Assembly (NCBI GenBank): GCA_050613775.1 | Contig: JBODTK010000154.1 | Coordinates: 372,001-406,852 of the forward strand | Direction: 5' to 3' | From: Neocallimastix sp. 'constans' | Lineage: Eukaryota | Length of the DNA stretch: 34,852 nucleotides | In this document: positions 11,792-23,370 of the stretch, in pieces | Layout: each line of letters starts with the position of its first letter | How positions within the stretch are numbered: the first letter of the stretch is position 1 | Notes under the pieces: generated by a model | The model's database searches: none | Seen by the model: only the letters and a program-made list of their open reading frames with translations | What the model was told of the DNA's origin: nothing | Made by a program: the position numbers and the translations under genes

Positions 11792-12746
11792 TTAATATGT
11801 TAAATCTAATTTTACTTAATAATGTACTATATTTTAATTTTTTTTTAATATCTCTATTTTTTGTAAATTACCTCTTGATATAATATGATTGAAATATCTA
11901 CTCTCTTCTCTTTATTCATGAGATTCAAGATACCTAATATCATTATTTTTTAATATCACCTACTATTTTATTGTTTCTAGATACTTTATTAATTTCTTTT
12001 ATTTTATTAACATTCTCTATAAGATGTTAATTGATGATCCATTAATTTATAAAATCCATTCTATATCCTGTCTTTAAATCGGATAATTGGATCGATGTGG
12101 CTTTTTCTATAATTTTTTCCTTGATGCTTCACCTCTAAAATGAAACCTTATCATTAAACAATATATTTATAGAAATCAAGCTGACTTATCTTATAAATTG
12201 TATTTTTTTATTAAAAAGAATAAGATTATACATCTTTATTATTAGTTCTAATATATTCTTGTATCGGTCTACTCACATCAACTCTAAAGTCATCAGGATT
12301 ATTTTTTTTTTTTTTATAACACCTTCAACAAACTTGTTATACTATAGATGCCTATATGTATTAATCTTCTATATAATTCATAATCATTTGAAAATATAAA
12401 TTATAATTCACCTTTAGAGGTTTTTTCTTCACTCAGAATTAAATTTAGTGCCAATTATTTCATTATGGCTACTTCTATTTTAATTTGATAAGATGAGCTC
12501 CTTCTTCAAAATGATCTTTAGAATCATCTAAATTTTTAAAAAAAAATTCAAAATTTTTCATTAATTACTCTAATTACATCTCTTTTTTTTTTTTTTCCAT
12601 CATTATCATCATTATTTGTTCTTTTTCTTTATTACCATTTATTTCAAACATATTATCTTTTAATGTATCAAAAGTATTTTTTTAAACAAGCATTATTAAT
12701 TTTGGATCTGTCATTATAAATTCATAGATATTTCAAAACAACTATA

Positions 12747-12782
<36 letters not shown>

Positions 12783-12951
12783 TACTTTTCTTACGTATAA
12801 ATAAAAAGAAATATAAAAAAAAACAAAAAAAAAAAAAACAAAAAAAAAAAAAAAAAAAAAAAAAAACGAAAAAAAATTTTTTAAATGCATTTTAGCATTT
12901 TAATCATAACAATATTTTAGTAATAATACTTAGTTATAAAATTTATATAAA

Positions 12952-13011
12952 TTGATAATAACAATAATAATAATAATGATAATGATAATAATAATAATAG
13001 TAATGATGATG

Positions 13012-13106
<95 letters not shown>

Positions 13107-13108
13107 TA

Positions 13109-13175
<67 letters not shown>
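12952..13175. repeat. Compound (AAT/GAT)n then (ATT)n microsatellite forming a palindrome centred at 13107/13108
   Basis: Direct reading: ...AATAATAATT AATTATTATT... Confidence 0.95.
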
Positions 13176-13176
<1 letters not shown>

Positions 13177-15144
13177 TGATTTACTTGGAATTTATTTGAA
13201 AAAGCTTGTCCAAATCTATCTAACGCAGTGACAGGTAAATCAGTAGATAATTTATGCAGTAGCTGAATCTAATAATAATAAAGTGGCTCTGATTTAAATA
13301 ATTATTCATAATAAATTTTATTATATAGTTGATAAATATATATTTTATAATATTAAATTAAATAATAGTTAAATAGTAGTTAAATAGTTTATGTATATAT
13401 TATAAGATATTTTTTAAAAAATAAAAAATAAAAAAAAAAAAAAAAAAAATAATAATAATTAAAAAATTTTTCCATGCAATATTTTTATGAATTCTATAAA
13501 TATTATTGTTTATGACTTAATTAATTAGATTTAATGTCAATATTATTTTATAAAATAAAGTCATATTAATTTTTCTTTAAAGTAGTTGTAAACATTTGTT
13601 AACATCATAAAATAATTTAAACTAAGCCAGTTACTTTCACAATATAATTCAGAATTTAATTATAATTAATATTTATTAATAATTTTTTTTTTAAAATTAT
13701 TCATTTACATATATTATTATTAGTTTATAATTTTAATTGTATAATAATTCTTTTTTTTTTTTTTTTCTATCCTTTATATAATAGCTATTTAACATAAAAT
13801 TTTATATATTTTTATGAATAGTCACTTATTCTTTATGATGATTATCTATAAATTTATATGCATATATTATTGCTATTTAAAGATGAAAAAAATAAATTAT
13901 ATAATAAAAAATTAGAACCGTAATTAATTATTTATAAGTATTAAAATATATATTTATCTTTTTTAATCATTTTTAAGTTTCTTTTTTTAAAATACAGATA
14001 GCATAAATATTTAATTTTATTGCTCTAATCATAAAATTATTTATATAACATCTTTTTTTTTTTTATTATTTTAGTTTATTTAAAAATTTTAAATAGAATT
14101 AATTAAAGTTTTATACATAATCATTTTAGTCAATAGTTATAATATATATTTAAAAATTTTAAGAAATAAATCAATATTTAAATAGTCAAAGGTACATCTA
14201 TTTTATATATAAAGTCAAACCAATAATTAATACGAAAGTAAAAATTAAAAACAATATTTAAATTTATACAAATTTAAATAGAAAAATAAATATATTAAAT
14301 ATTGATTGAAACAAAAAAAAAAAAAAAAAGTAAAAAAGTTGTATATTTCAATATTTAATACTTATTACAAAGTGCATATTTTTCAAATTGGGACATATAT
14401 TGTCATTGAATACTAAAATATTTTAACATTAATTAGGTGAATGTCATTGACATAATCAATAAAAATTAAAAACTTTAAATAATAGTAAAATGATAAATAT
14501 ATAATAATAAATATTAAATTTATATTAAATAAATACTATTAAAATAATACTATTTAAATTAATTTTAAATTTCATTATTATATATATCTATATTATTAAA
14601 TATTATTAAATAAGATTAAATAATTTTTTTTTATTTTTTTTATTTTTTTTATTTTTTATTTTTACCAAAATTTGACTTGGTGGAAAAATTAATTATTTTG
14701 AATAATTTGTTTTTCTATCATTAATAACTTTATTTTATAGTAAAATTTAATTATTGATTTATTAATTTTTTTATTTTTATTTCTATTTTTATTTTTATTT
14801 TTTTTTATTTTTTTTTTTAATTTCAAAAAGGTGTTTTTTTTTTCAATAATTAAAAATATCTTTTATATATATTTATTTAAAAAATAATATTAGAAAAAAA
14901 AATAATTATTCATTATTTTTTTTTCAATTATATTTTTATGACAATGAAAAAAAAAAAAAAAAAAAAAAATAAAAATAAAAAAAATTGAATAATACAGAGG
15001 ATAATGTAAATGCTTTAGTATTACTTATATCCCTGTTTTATAATTTCAATAGAACAATTTGAGAAATGACTGAAAAAAAAAAAATTTTTTTTTTTTTTTA
15101 TATTGTATAATATACAATATACAATATTCATAATTCTATTAGGT

Positions 15145-15356
15145 ATAAAGTGTCATATAGGGAATGTCTTTCCTATTAACCAATGCATATGAGAGAGGTT
15201 CGGGTTGATGTCGAAAACAAAAACAGTATGGACAAAAAAAAAATAAATAAATAAAATAAAATAAAATAAAAATAAAAAATAAAAAAATAAGAGTCTAATA
15301 CGCTTAAGGGGAGAGACTGGAGGTTTTACTCCTAGTCCAAAAAAAAAAAAAAAAAA
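15145..15356 (+). mobile_element. Short orphan retroposon 3' end (heavily truncated LINE or SINE-like)
   Basis: Isolated GC-elevated patch ending GACTGGAGGTTTTACTCCTAGTCC + A18, resembling the terminus at 1603-1651. Confidence 0.55.
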
Positions 15357-15563
15357 TTATATATATATATATTAGGAAGGCACATTTTTATCACTTTTAA
15401 TTTTCATATATTATTAAAAAAAAAAAAAAAATTATTGTTTTATATATATATATATTTTATATTAAACAAATAGTAATTAATAGTTCATTAAATATTTAAT
15501 GAAGAAAGTAAAAAAAAAACAAATAAAAGATATAGAAAAGAAAAGAAAAATCAAAAGCACAGG

Positions 15564-15615
<52 letters not shown>

Positions 15616-15879
15616 AAATTTTTAAATGATAATCTTTACTCCTTCCTTCCCCCAAATGTTGGATATATAAAAAAAATTTTTTTGGTATAGTTTTTATATA
15701 CAAATTGTAGCTATTATATTAATATTTTATTGTAATAAATATTATCAATACTCTAAATATTGTATATAATTTATTGAATATCATATATTAATTAATATAA
15801 ATAATAATAATAATATAAAAATTTTTTTGAAATTTTTGTGACACTTTAAAATATTTCATTTAATTTTAAATAGATAATG

Positions 15880-15920
<41 letters not shown>

Positions 15921-16567
15921 AATTACTATTTTATTATTTTTTTTAATTTTTAATTTTATTAATAGAATTATTATTATTATTATTATTTTTTTACAATTGT
16001 CTTTTATATTTAGACTTTTTTTTTAATATTCAAATTTTTTTTAAGATTTTTAAGTAATTAAATTATTATTATTTTTACTATTTTTATTATTATAATAATA
16101 ATAATTTAATAATTAGTAAATATATATATATATATTATTTATCATATAATATATTTTTTCTATTTTTCTATGTTATTTTTATATCTCTTTCTCACAAATT
16201 TTTTTTTTTTCTTTTTTGTGAAAAAATAGATAGTTTTTCTATAAATTTATATTTTGTATATATTTTTATTCTATAATTTATATTTATTTATATTTTTATT
16301 ACTATCATTTTATACTTAATAATTTAAATTTTATACAATTTTTATTAATGCTATTATTTTATATTTTATAAATAAAATTATTTTTTCCTTTTTGAAAAAA
16401 GATAACTGAAATTTTATTAAATAAAACAAATTCTCTTATTTTATCTTATTTTATTTTATTTTATTTTACTTTATTTTATTGAATTTATTCTATTTGCTGT
16501 TTCTAGGTTTTGTTCTATAGGTATATACAGATCATATCGTTTTTCCAGTTTTATTAATTAATTACTC

Positions 16568-17251
16568 TTACTCTTTAGTAAATTTATTGGTTATCCATTG
16601 AACTAATTTTGAAAAAGCAAAAGTACAACCAAGAATACCGAAAAAGTATAAGATCGTGGCATAGACAGGTTGGTTATAAACCATTAAAAATGGATAAGGT
16701 CCTTCTACAACTCTAGCAATATTTAAAATAATGAATACAATACCATAAATAACCGTAGGTAAAGTAGCTAAACATACATCTGTTAAGGAAAGAAAACCCT
16801 TTTCAAATACACAGAAGGATAAAAGAGAAAGTAATGGACCTATAACATGGAAGACGAGTTGATTTCCACCGAACAATAATTGATATGCATTTCCTAATGG
16901 TAAGTAGTATGGAAGTAAGATTGTCATCACGACGACAAAAGTGACGGTGAGACATACTGAACTCATAAATCTTAAGGTTCTAACACAATGAGGTATTTGA
17001 AATTGAGATTTTTTGAGGTTTACTTCATCATCCAAGTTAACATTTTCTTTGCTCTTTTTAGCTTTTTGAGAACTGCAACAGTAACCTATTACATATACAA
17101 TAGAAGTTATCAAAGCAAAAGTATTGGATAAAATGGTATAATAGATGAAATAACCAAATTCTCCACCAGAGAACATCGTAATTAAACCCCAAATTTCTAA
17201 TATTATTATTATGGCATTTGAACAAAATCCTAACATTTCCTTGTTATCCAT
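16568..17251 (-). CDS. Pr6Pr / FAR-17a/AIG1-like multi-pass membrane protein (putative Thr-His hydrolase), 227 aa, intronless
   Basis: About six hydrophobic segments with the motifs FIYYTILSN (T39), VFHVIGP (H135) and GPYPFL, which are characteristic of this superfamily. Confidence 0.85.
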   Translation of the reverse strand: MDNKEMLGFCSNAIIIILEIWGLITMFSGGEFGYFIYYTILSNTFALITSIVYVIGYCCSSQKAKKSKENVNLDDEVNLKKSQFQIPHCVRTLRFMSSVCLTVTFVVVMTILLPYYLPLGNAYQLLFGGNQLVFHVIGPLLSLLSFCVFEKGFLSLTDVCLATLPTVIYGIVFIILNIARVVEGPYPFLMVYNQPVYATILYFFGILGCTFAFSKLVQWITNKFTKE

Positions 17252-18869
17252 TTTTTTTTTAATATTATAATTATTATTTCTTATATTTATATATATATGT
17301 ATGTATTTTTTTTTTTTTTTTTTTTTATGAATGGAATTTATAATAAAAAAAATTACTTCTTCTCTTTTAAATATTGATTTTTTATTTATTTTAATTTACT
17401 TTTTTTTTTTACTTTATTTTATTTATTTTATTTTATATTTTATTTTATTTTGCTTTTTATTTTATATATTATTTCTTATTTTTTATTTATACATATATAA
17501 TGGATTTCGAATTAAAAATAAAATAAATTTAGATATTTTTCTTCCTATTTATATTTTTTATTAATACATAAAATTATAAAATCTAAAAAAAAAAAAAAAA
17601 AAAAAAAAAAAGATGTTTTTTTTTCAAATCAATAAAAAACCCAAAAAAAAGAATTTTTTTTTTTTTTCATTATTAATAATCGATTGATATTAAATTAAAT
17701 TAAATTAAATTTACTTTAAATAAAAATAAAAAAAATGAGCATTCTTGCATTTTTTTAATTTAATATAAATTTATTTAACATGATTTTATTTTCTATTTTA
17801 TTTAATCAATTAATATTATGATAAGAAAAAATTATTAATGATTAATGATTATTCATAATAATATTAAATATTTAATATTATAAACGTATTTCTTATTACT
17901 AATTTATTTTTATTTTTATTTTTATTATTATTTGATATTTGTTGATTCATTGATTTCAACTTTATGAATTATAAACTTTGTATTTATGCTTTTATTATTA
18001 ATTAAAATTTTTATTTTAATATTGGATAGATTAAAATATTTTTTTTTGTGTTACCATAGAAAATTAAAAGGATTAATGATGATAAATTAAGTATATAAAT
18101 GGATAAATTATAATAAAATAAATAAACAAATATTATTATTAAATGAATACTATTAAATAAATATTAGAATTACTAATTTAGCTAATATTGTTTATTTATA
18201 AAAAATATTAATATAAATTATTTTATAATTATTTTATCACAAACTAATTTTACTTTTACTATTATGAAAAAAAAAAAATTATTATTCATTATTAATGATT
18301 ACTAAAAGTGTTGAATGCGGAAGTAAAAGAAAAAAAAAAATTTTAATTATTAATCGGAATTTTTATTAATGTTTTTATTTTTATTAATGTTTTTTTTTGT
18401 TTTTTATTTTTTTTGTTTTTTTGTTTTTTTGTGAAATAATGAAAAGAAACTTCATCTTTCTCTATACTTATTTTTCGCATTTTCAATTTATTTTTAAATT
18501 ATAAATTACATCTATTAAATATATTAATATTGAATAAACCATTACAATAATAATAATAATAATAATAATAAAAAGTAAAATAAATATTTCATTATTTAAT
18601 ATTATATTTTTCAATAATTCAATTACTTATTTATTTTTAATATACTATATTTATTTTTTATAATAATTTCATAATTTTATTTAAAATATAGATTGACAAA
18701 AGCCAATAAAAATATTTTTTATTAAATATTAAACGATAATATTAATTTCATAAAATAAGGTTAATGAATAATAATATTTAAAACTAATTTTTTTTTTTTT
18801 TTAATATTTATAATTAATTAAACTGTAAATATGTTTGTACTTATTAAATATAAAGTACAGATTGAATAA

Positions 18870-18900
<31 letters not shown>

Positions 18901-19315
18901 TAAAAATAACTATTATAAAAAAAAAAAGCTTTTTTTTTTTGTAATAATTAAGTTATAAAATAAAAATTAAAAAAATTAAATGCCTATTAGAAGAGACGGT
19001 CAAAAAAAAAAGTATGTAGAAACATATTTATATTAAATAATATTCACATCAAATGCATTTCATAAGCTGTTAATTTTACAAAACAATAAAAAAAAAAAAA
19101 AAAAAAAACTTCTATTTTATAATTCTAAGAAATATAAAAAATGTATTATTATAAATAATTATTAATTTTAATTTATTTTATTTTATTTTTTCTTTTCATT
19201 TATTTATTAAATATAAATAGTATTATATGATTTTTTTTAGGTATTCTTAATAAAATGTTTTTTTTTTTTTTTCTTATAACTATTTATATTATAATATGAA
19301 TAATACTATTTTATG

Positions 19316-19409
19316 TTATAATAATTATATATAACAATATTATATATAAACTAAAATAATTATTAAAATTTTATTTTATATATAATATTGTTATATATAA
19401 TTATTATAA
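19316..19409. repeat. Perfect 35-bp inverted repeat, 24-nt spacer
   Basis: TTATAATAATTATATATAACAATATTATATATAAA (19316-19350) is the exact reverse complement of 19375-19409. Confidence 0.9.
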
Positions 19410-19433
19410 TTAATATTTGATGTTTGATAAATA

Positions 19434-19495
<62 letters not shown>

Positions 19496-19731
19496 AATCA
19501 AAAAATAATATAAAGAATTAATTTTTTATTCATTTTTTTATAATATATATTGTTTTAATAAATAATAAGCTTAAGAATATTAATATTATCTAAAATATAT
19601 TACATATCAATATTATATGATTATTTATATTTTTTATTTTTTTATTCCAATATAAAAATAAAAATCTTAAATGTATGTAGTATTATTTCTCATCATTATT
19701 AATTGGTTATTTTTTTTTAGTATATGTTTAA

Positions 19732-20050
19732 GGTTTTCTTGATATAGATGACTGTTTATTTAGTAAATATAAATATAATAATGATTTATTCATATTACTA
19801 CCTCTTTATAATGATGATATATTAATTAGAATCAATTAAGGACTACAAAGTAAATCATAAATATTATATTGAACAAATATTAACTCACTAGAATATAAGC
19901 AATACTAAAAATAACTAGAACACCATGTATTAATACAAAATTAGAAGATAGGGAAAGCTCTGAAAAAATTAACAAAACTGATGATAAAAGATCTAAGTAC
20001 TATTAAATATATCTTGCTTTAGTGCAGCTGTTCTCCATTTATATCATTAA
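19732..20050 (+). mobile_element. Ty1/copia reverse transcriptase relic
   Basis: Translates GFLDIDDCLFSKYKYNNDLFILLPLYNDDILI (copia DPCLF...LYVDDILI). Then, across frameshifts, YKVNHKYYIEQILTH*NISNTK, TPCINTKL and IYLA appear in the copia RT order, with internal deletions. Confidence 0.75.
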
Positions 20051-20177
20051 ACCCTTTATTGTAATAAATAATAAAAAATTAGAACATTTTTCAAGAGCCT
20101 TTGTTTTATTTTTAAAGTATTCTATTTTTAATATTATTATTTATCATTATTATTATTATTATTATTATTTATTATTA

Positions 20178-20224
<47 letters not shown>

Positions 20225-20547
20225 TTCTATTTTAAAGTTTAAATTTAAAAAAAAAAAAAAAAATAATAATAATAATAATAATAACAATAAAGTTTATTTT
20301 ATATAATAGAGTCAAATAATAAAACTTTTTGTAAATAGAATAATTGATAATTTTACTACTTTTTTTTTTTTTTTATTTACATAACATTAAACTGTTCTTT
20401 GTTATTTTTATTTTTATATATATTAAATTTTTTTTAATATGACATTTTATTTAATATAACTTTAAACTTTTTATTTTATTATATATATATATATATATAT
20501 TTTTTTATTTTATTTTATTTTATTTTATTTTATTCATATTTTATTAA

Positions 20548-20699
<152 letters not shown>

Positions 20700-21064
20700 T
20701 ATTATGATCATTGTAAAATGGTTTACTATTTAAAATTTTGTTCATATACTTATTTCTTCTTTTAATTTTATACATATACTAACAGCTATAATGTTATTAT
20801 TATTATTTTATGATTTTATAATTTTTTAATTTAATATTGTTTTTTATTTTATTTTATTTTATTTTATTTTACTTTATTTATATTTATATTTCTAAAAGAT
20901 AAGAAAAAAATTATTTTTTATGAATTTACATTACAAACAAAAGAAAAACATATATATTTTTTATTAAAAATTTTCTATGAGTCACTAATTAATAAGTGAT
21001 AAAATAAATAAACTATAATCTTTTTTTTTTAAAAAAAAAAATTTACAAATAGGAATTAAATAGG

Positions 21065-21111
<47 letters not shown>

Positions 21112-21121
21112 AACTAATAAA

Positions 21122-21159
<38 letters not shown>

Positions 21160-21512
21160 AGAACAAATTAAAATTTATACTTAATAATAAAATTTTATAT
21201 TATATTTCATATCTTATATTTTATTTTTTATTATTAGTAATATATATATACATATATTAATTATTAATTTGATGACGTTTGTGTGTTTGCGCAGATGTTT
21301 TTTTTTTTCTTTTAATATATATATATATAAAGGTATCATTTATTTCTCTTTTAAACAAAAGAAAAAAAAAAAAAAGTTAATATATATTTATTACTAATTG
21401 AATTTTATTTATGCGAATAGAATAGTATTAAAATTTGTTGTTTTAATAAAAATCTAAAATCATATTATTTAATTATAAACAATATTTACAAATTTTTATT
21501 CCTTTTTACTAT

Positions 21513-22247
21513 TTATACCATTGATGTATTATTATATTTATATTTATTATTATGCTTTATAAATGGAACTTTTTCTTTAATAAATGAAAATATCTCTATT
21601 AAGCTCATTTTTAATTTCTCTCTTCTTTCTTTTAAGTCATCATCATCATCTTCTTCTTCTTTTTTTTTTCTAAGATCAACTAATACTATTTGATTACTTG
21701 GACTAATACCGATTAATTTATTATTTTTATTATCTTTTTCAACATAATTCAATAACATTCTTCCAACATAGACAATAGAAAAAATAAATACTACGGTTTG
21801 AAAGATAACATAAAATCTTATAAAATATCCATTATTAATATAGGTAATAGCTGTCCCATTTTCTTTTTCTAAATTAAATTCATTATTAAATTGAGGAGTA
21901 ACAATATACACTATGATTGGTAGCATATATTTAGCCCATGATAAAACACTTATTATAAATGTACTTATTAAAAATAGTACATAGAAATATACGACGACCC
22001 AATGAGATTTTAAAAGAGTAGATAATGGAACCTTTGATTTTTGTATTATATAAGGAGTACAGCATATATTACACTTTTTATTACTACCATTTAAACTATT
22101 AACCCAATATCTTAAGCATTCAATATGAGCATACTTATAGTCATTATGATTACAACGACAACAGGAGATAACTTTACTGGCTTCTTTTTTATCAGAAAGA
22201 GAGAAAGATTCCCAACAGATAAAGCAATTATAGCAATCCTTATCCAT
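21513..22247 (-). CDS. RING-CH (RINGv, C4HC3) membrane-anchored E3 ubiquitin ligase, MARCH-like, 244 aa, intronless
   Basis: C8-x2-C11...C30-x-C32...H41-x2-C44-x3-W48...C59-x2-C62, followed by two hydrophobic segments and a charged tail. Confidence 0.88.
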   Translation of the reverse strand: MDKDCYNCFICWESFSLSDKKEASKVISCCRCNHNDYKYAHIECLRYWVNSLNGSNKKCNICCTPYIIQKSKVPLSTLLKSHWVVVYFYVLFLISTFIISVLSWAKYMLPIIVYIVTPQFNNEFNLEKENGTAITYINNGYFIRFYVIFQTVVFIFSIVYVGRMLLNYVEKDNKNNKLIGISPSNQIVLVDLRKKKEEEDDDDDLKERREKLKMSLIEIFSFIKEKVPFIKHNNKYKYNNTSMV

Positions 22248-22954
22248 TTTTTTCTTCTTTTTTTTTTTCCTTTATGATATAATATTTATTATTATTATTT
22301 TTTTTTTTTTTTGAACTTTCTTTTTCTTTTTTTTTTTTGTATTTTTTGTTTTTTTCAATAATTTTATTTTATTTTTTTTTCTGCTATTGTTATTTTTAGT
22401 ATTTTTTTTTATGCTTTATATTTTATTTGTATATCAAAAGCTTGAAAATTTTCTAATAATTTAATAGTAATAAAGTTTTTTTTTTTTTTTTTTTTTTTTT
22501 TTGTTAATAAATATTTTATTTTTTAAACTTTTTAAACTATAATAGTAAAGCTTATTTGAAAAATATAATAGTTCTACTATTATTACTTATTTATTTTTAA
22601 ATATTTATTTTATTTCTAGCAGTATTAAAATATTAAATTGTTATTATATTAATTTATATTATATACAAATAAAAAAAAAATAAATAAAAAGTTAATAATA
22701 ATAATATTCTCTGTAATTTAATAACTTTTAACTAAATATAAAAATAAGAATATTTATTATTATTATTTTAATTATATATTATATTATAGTCTAACCATAA
22801 TTATAATATAAATTATTGAATTATACAGTAAACTTTTATTTTTATTTTTTTTTTTTAATATTAATATTTTTTTTCTTTTTTTTTTTTTTTTTTTTTTTGG
22901 GATTTTTTAATCCTTTTATAGGCAAAGATGAAATCAATTAAAAAATAAAATTAA

Positions 22955-23010
<56 letters not shown>

Positions 23011-23054
23011 CATATTAAATTAAAACATTAATTAAATTTAAAATTTATTTATAG

Positions 23055-23125
23055 TCATCAAATTTGATTAATAAAATAATATTTAGAATTTAGAGAATTC
23101 TTATTTTATTAATCAAATTTGATGA
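23055..23125. repeat. Perfect 25-bp inverted repeat, 21-nt spacer
   Basis: TCATCAAATTTGATTAATAAAATAA (23055-23079) is the reverse complement of 23101-23125. Confidence 0.93.
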
Positions 23126-23337
23126 TATATAATATAAAAAAAATATATACATATAGTCCTATCTTAATAAAACTTATTAATCTAATTAAAAAGACTTATT
23201 AAATCACATTTTAATTTTTTCCTTTTTTTTTAAGCCTTTATTCTTTCATTGCTGTATAAAATATTATTTTTATAAAAAAGACAATTTATATAAAATTTGC
23301 GAATATATAATAAATGTATATATTTCTTTAAAATAAA

Positions 23338-23370
<33 letters not shown>

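Noticed and set aside
12952..13179. Poly-Ile/Tyr ORF and similar ORFs at 2285, 5714, 9092-9748, 15499, 17331, 20022, 20530, 27690, 28631, 30674 and 31006
   Set aside because: Products of homopolymers or micro/minisatellites with no protein-like complexity.
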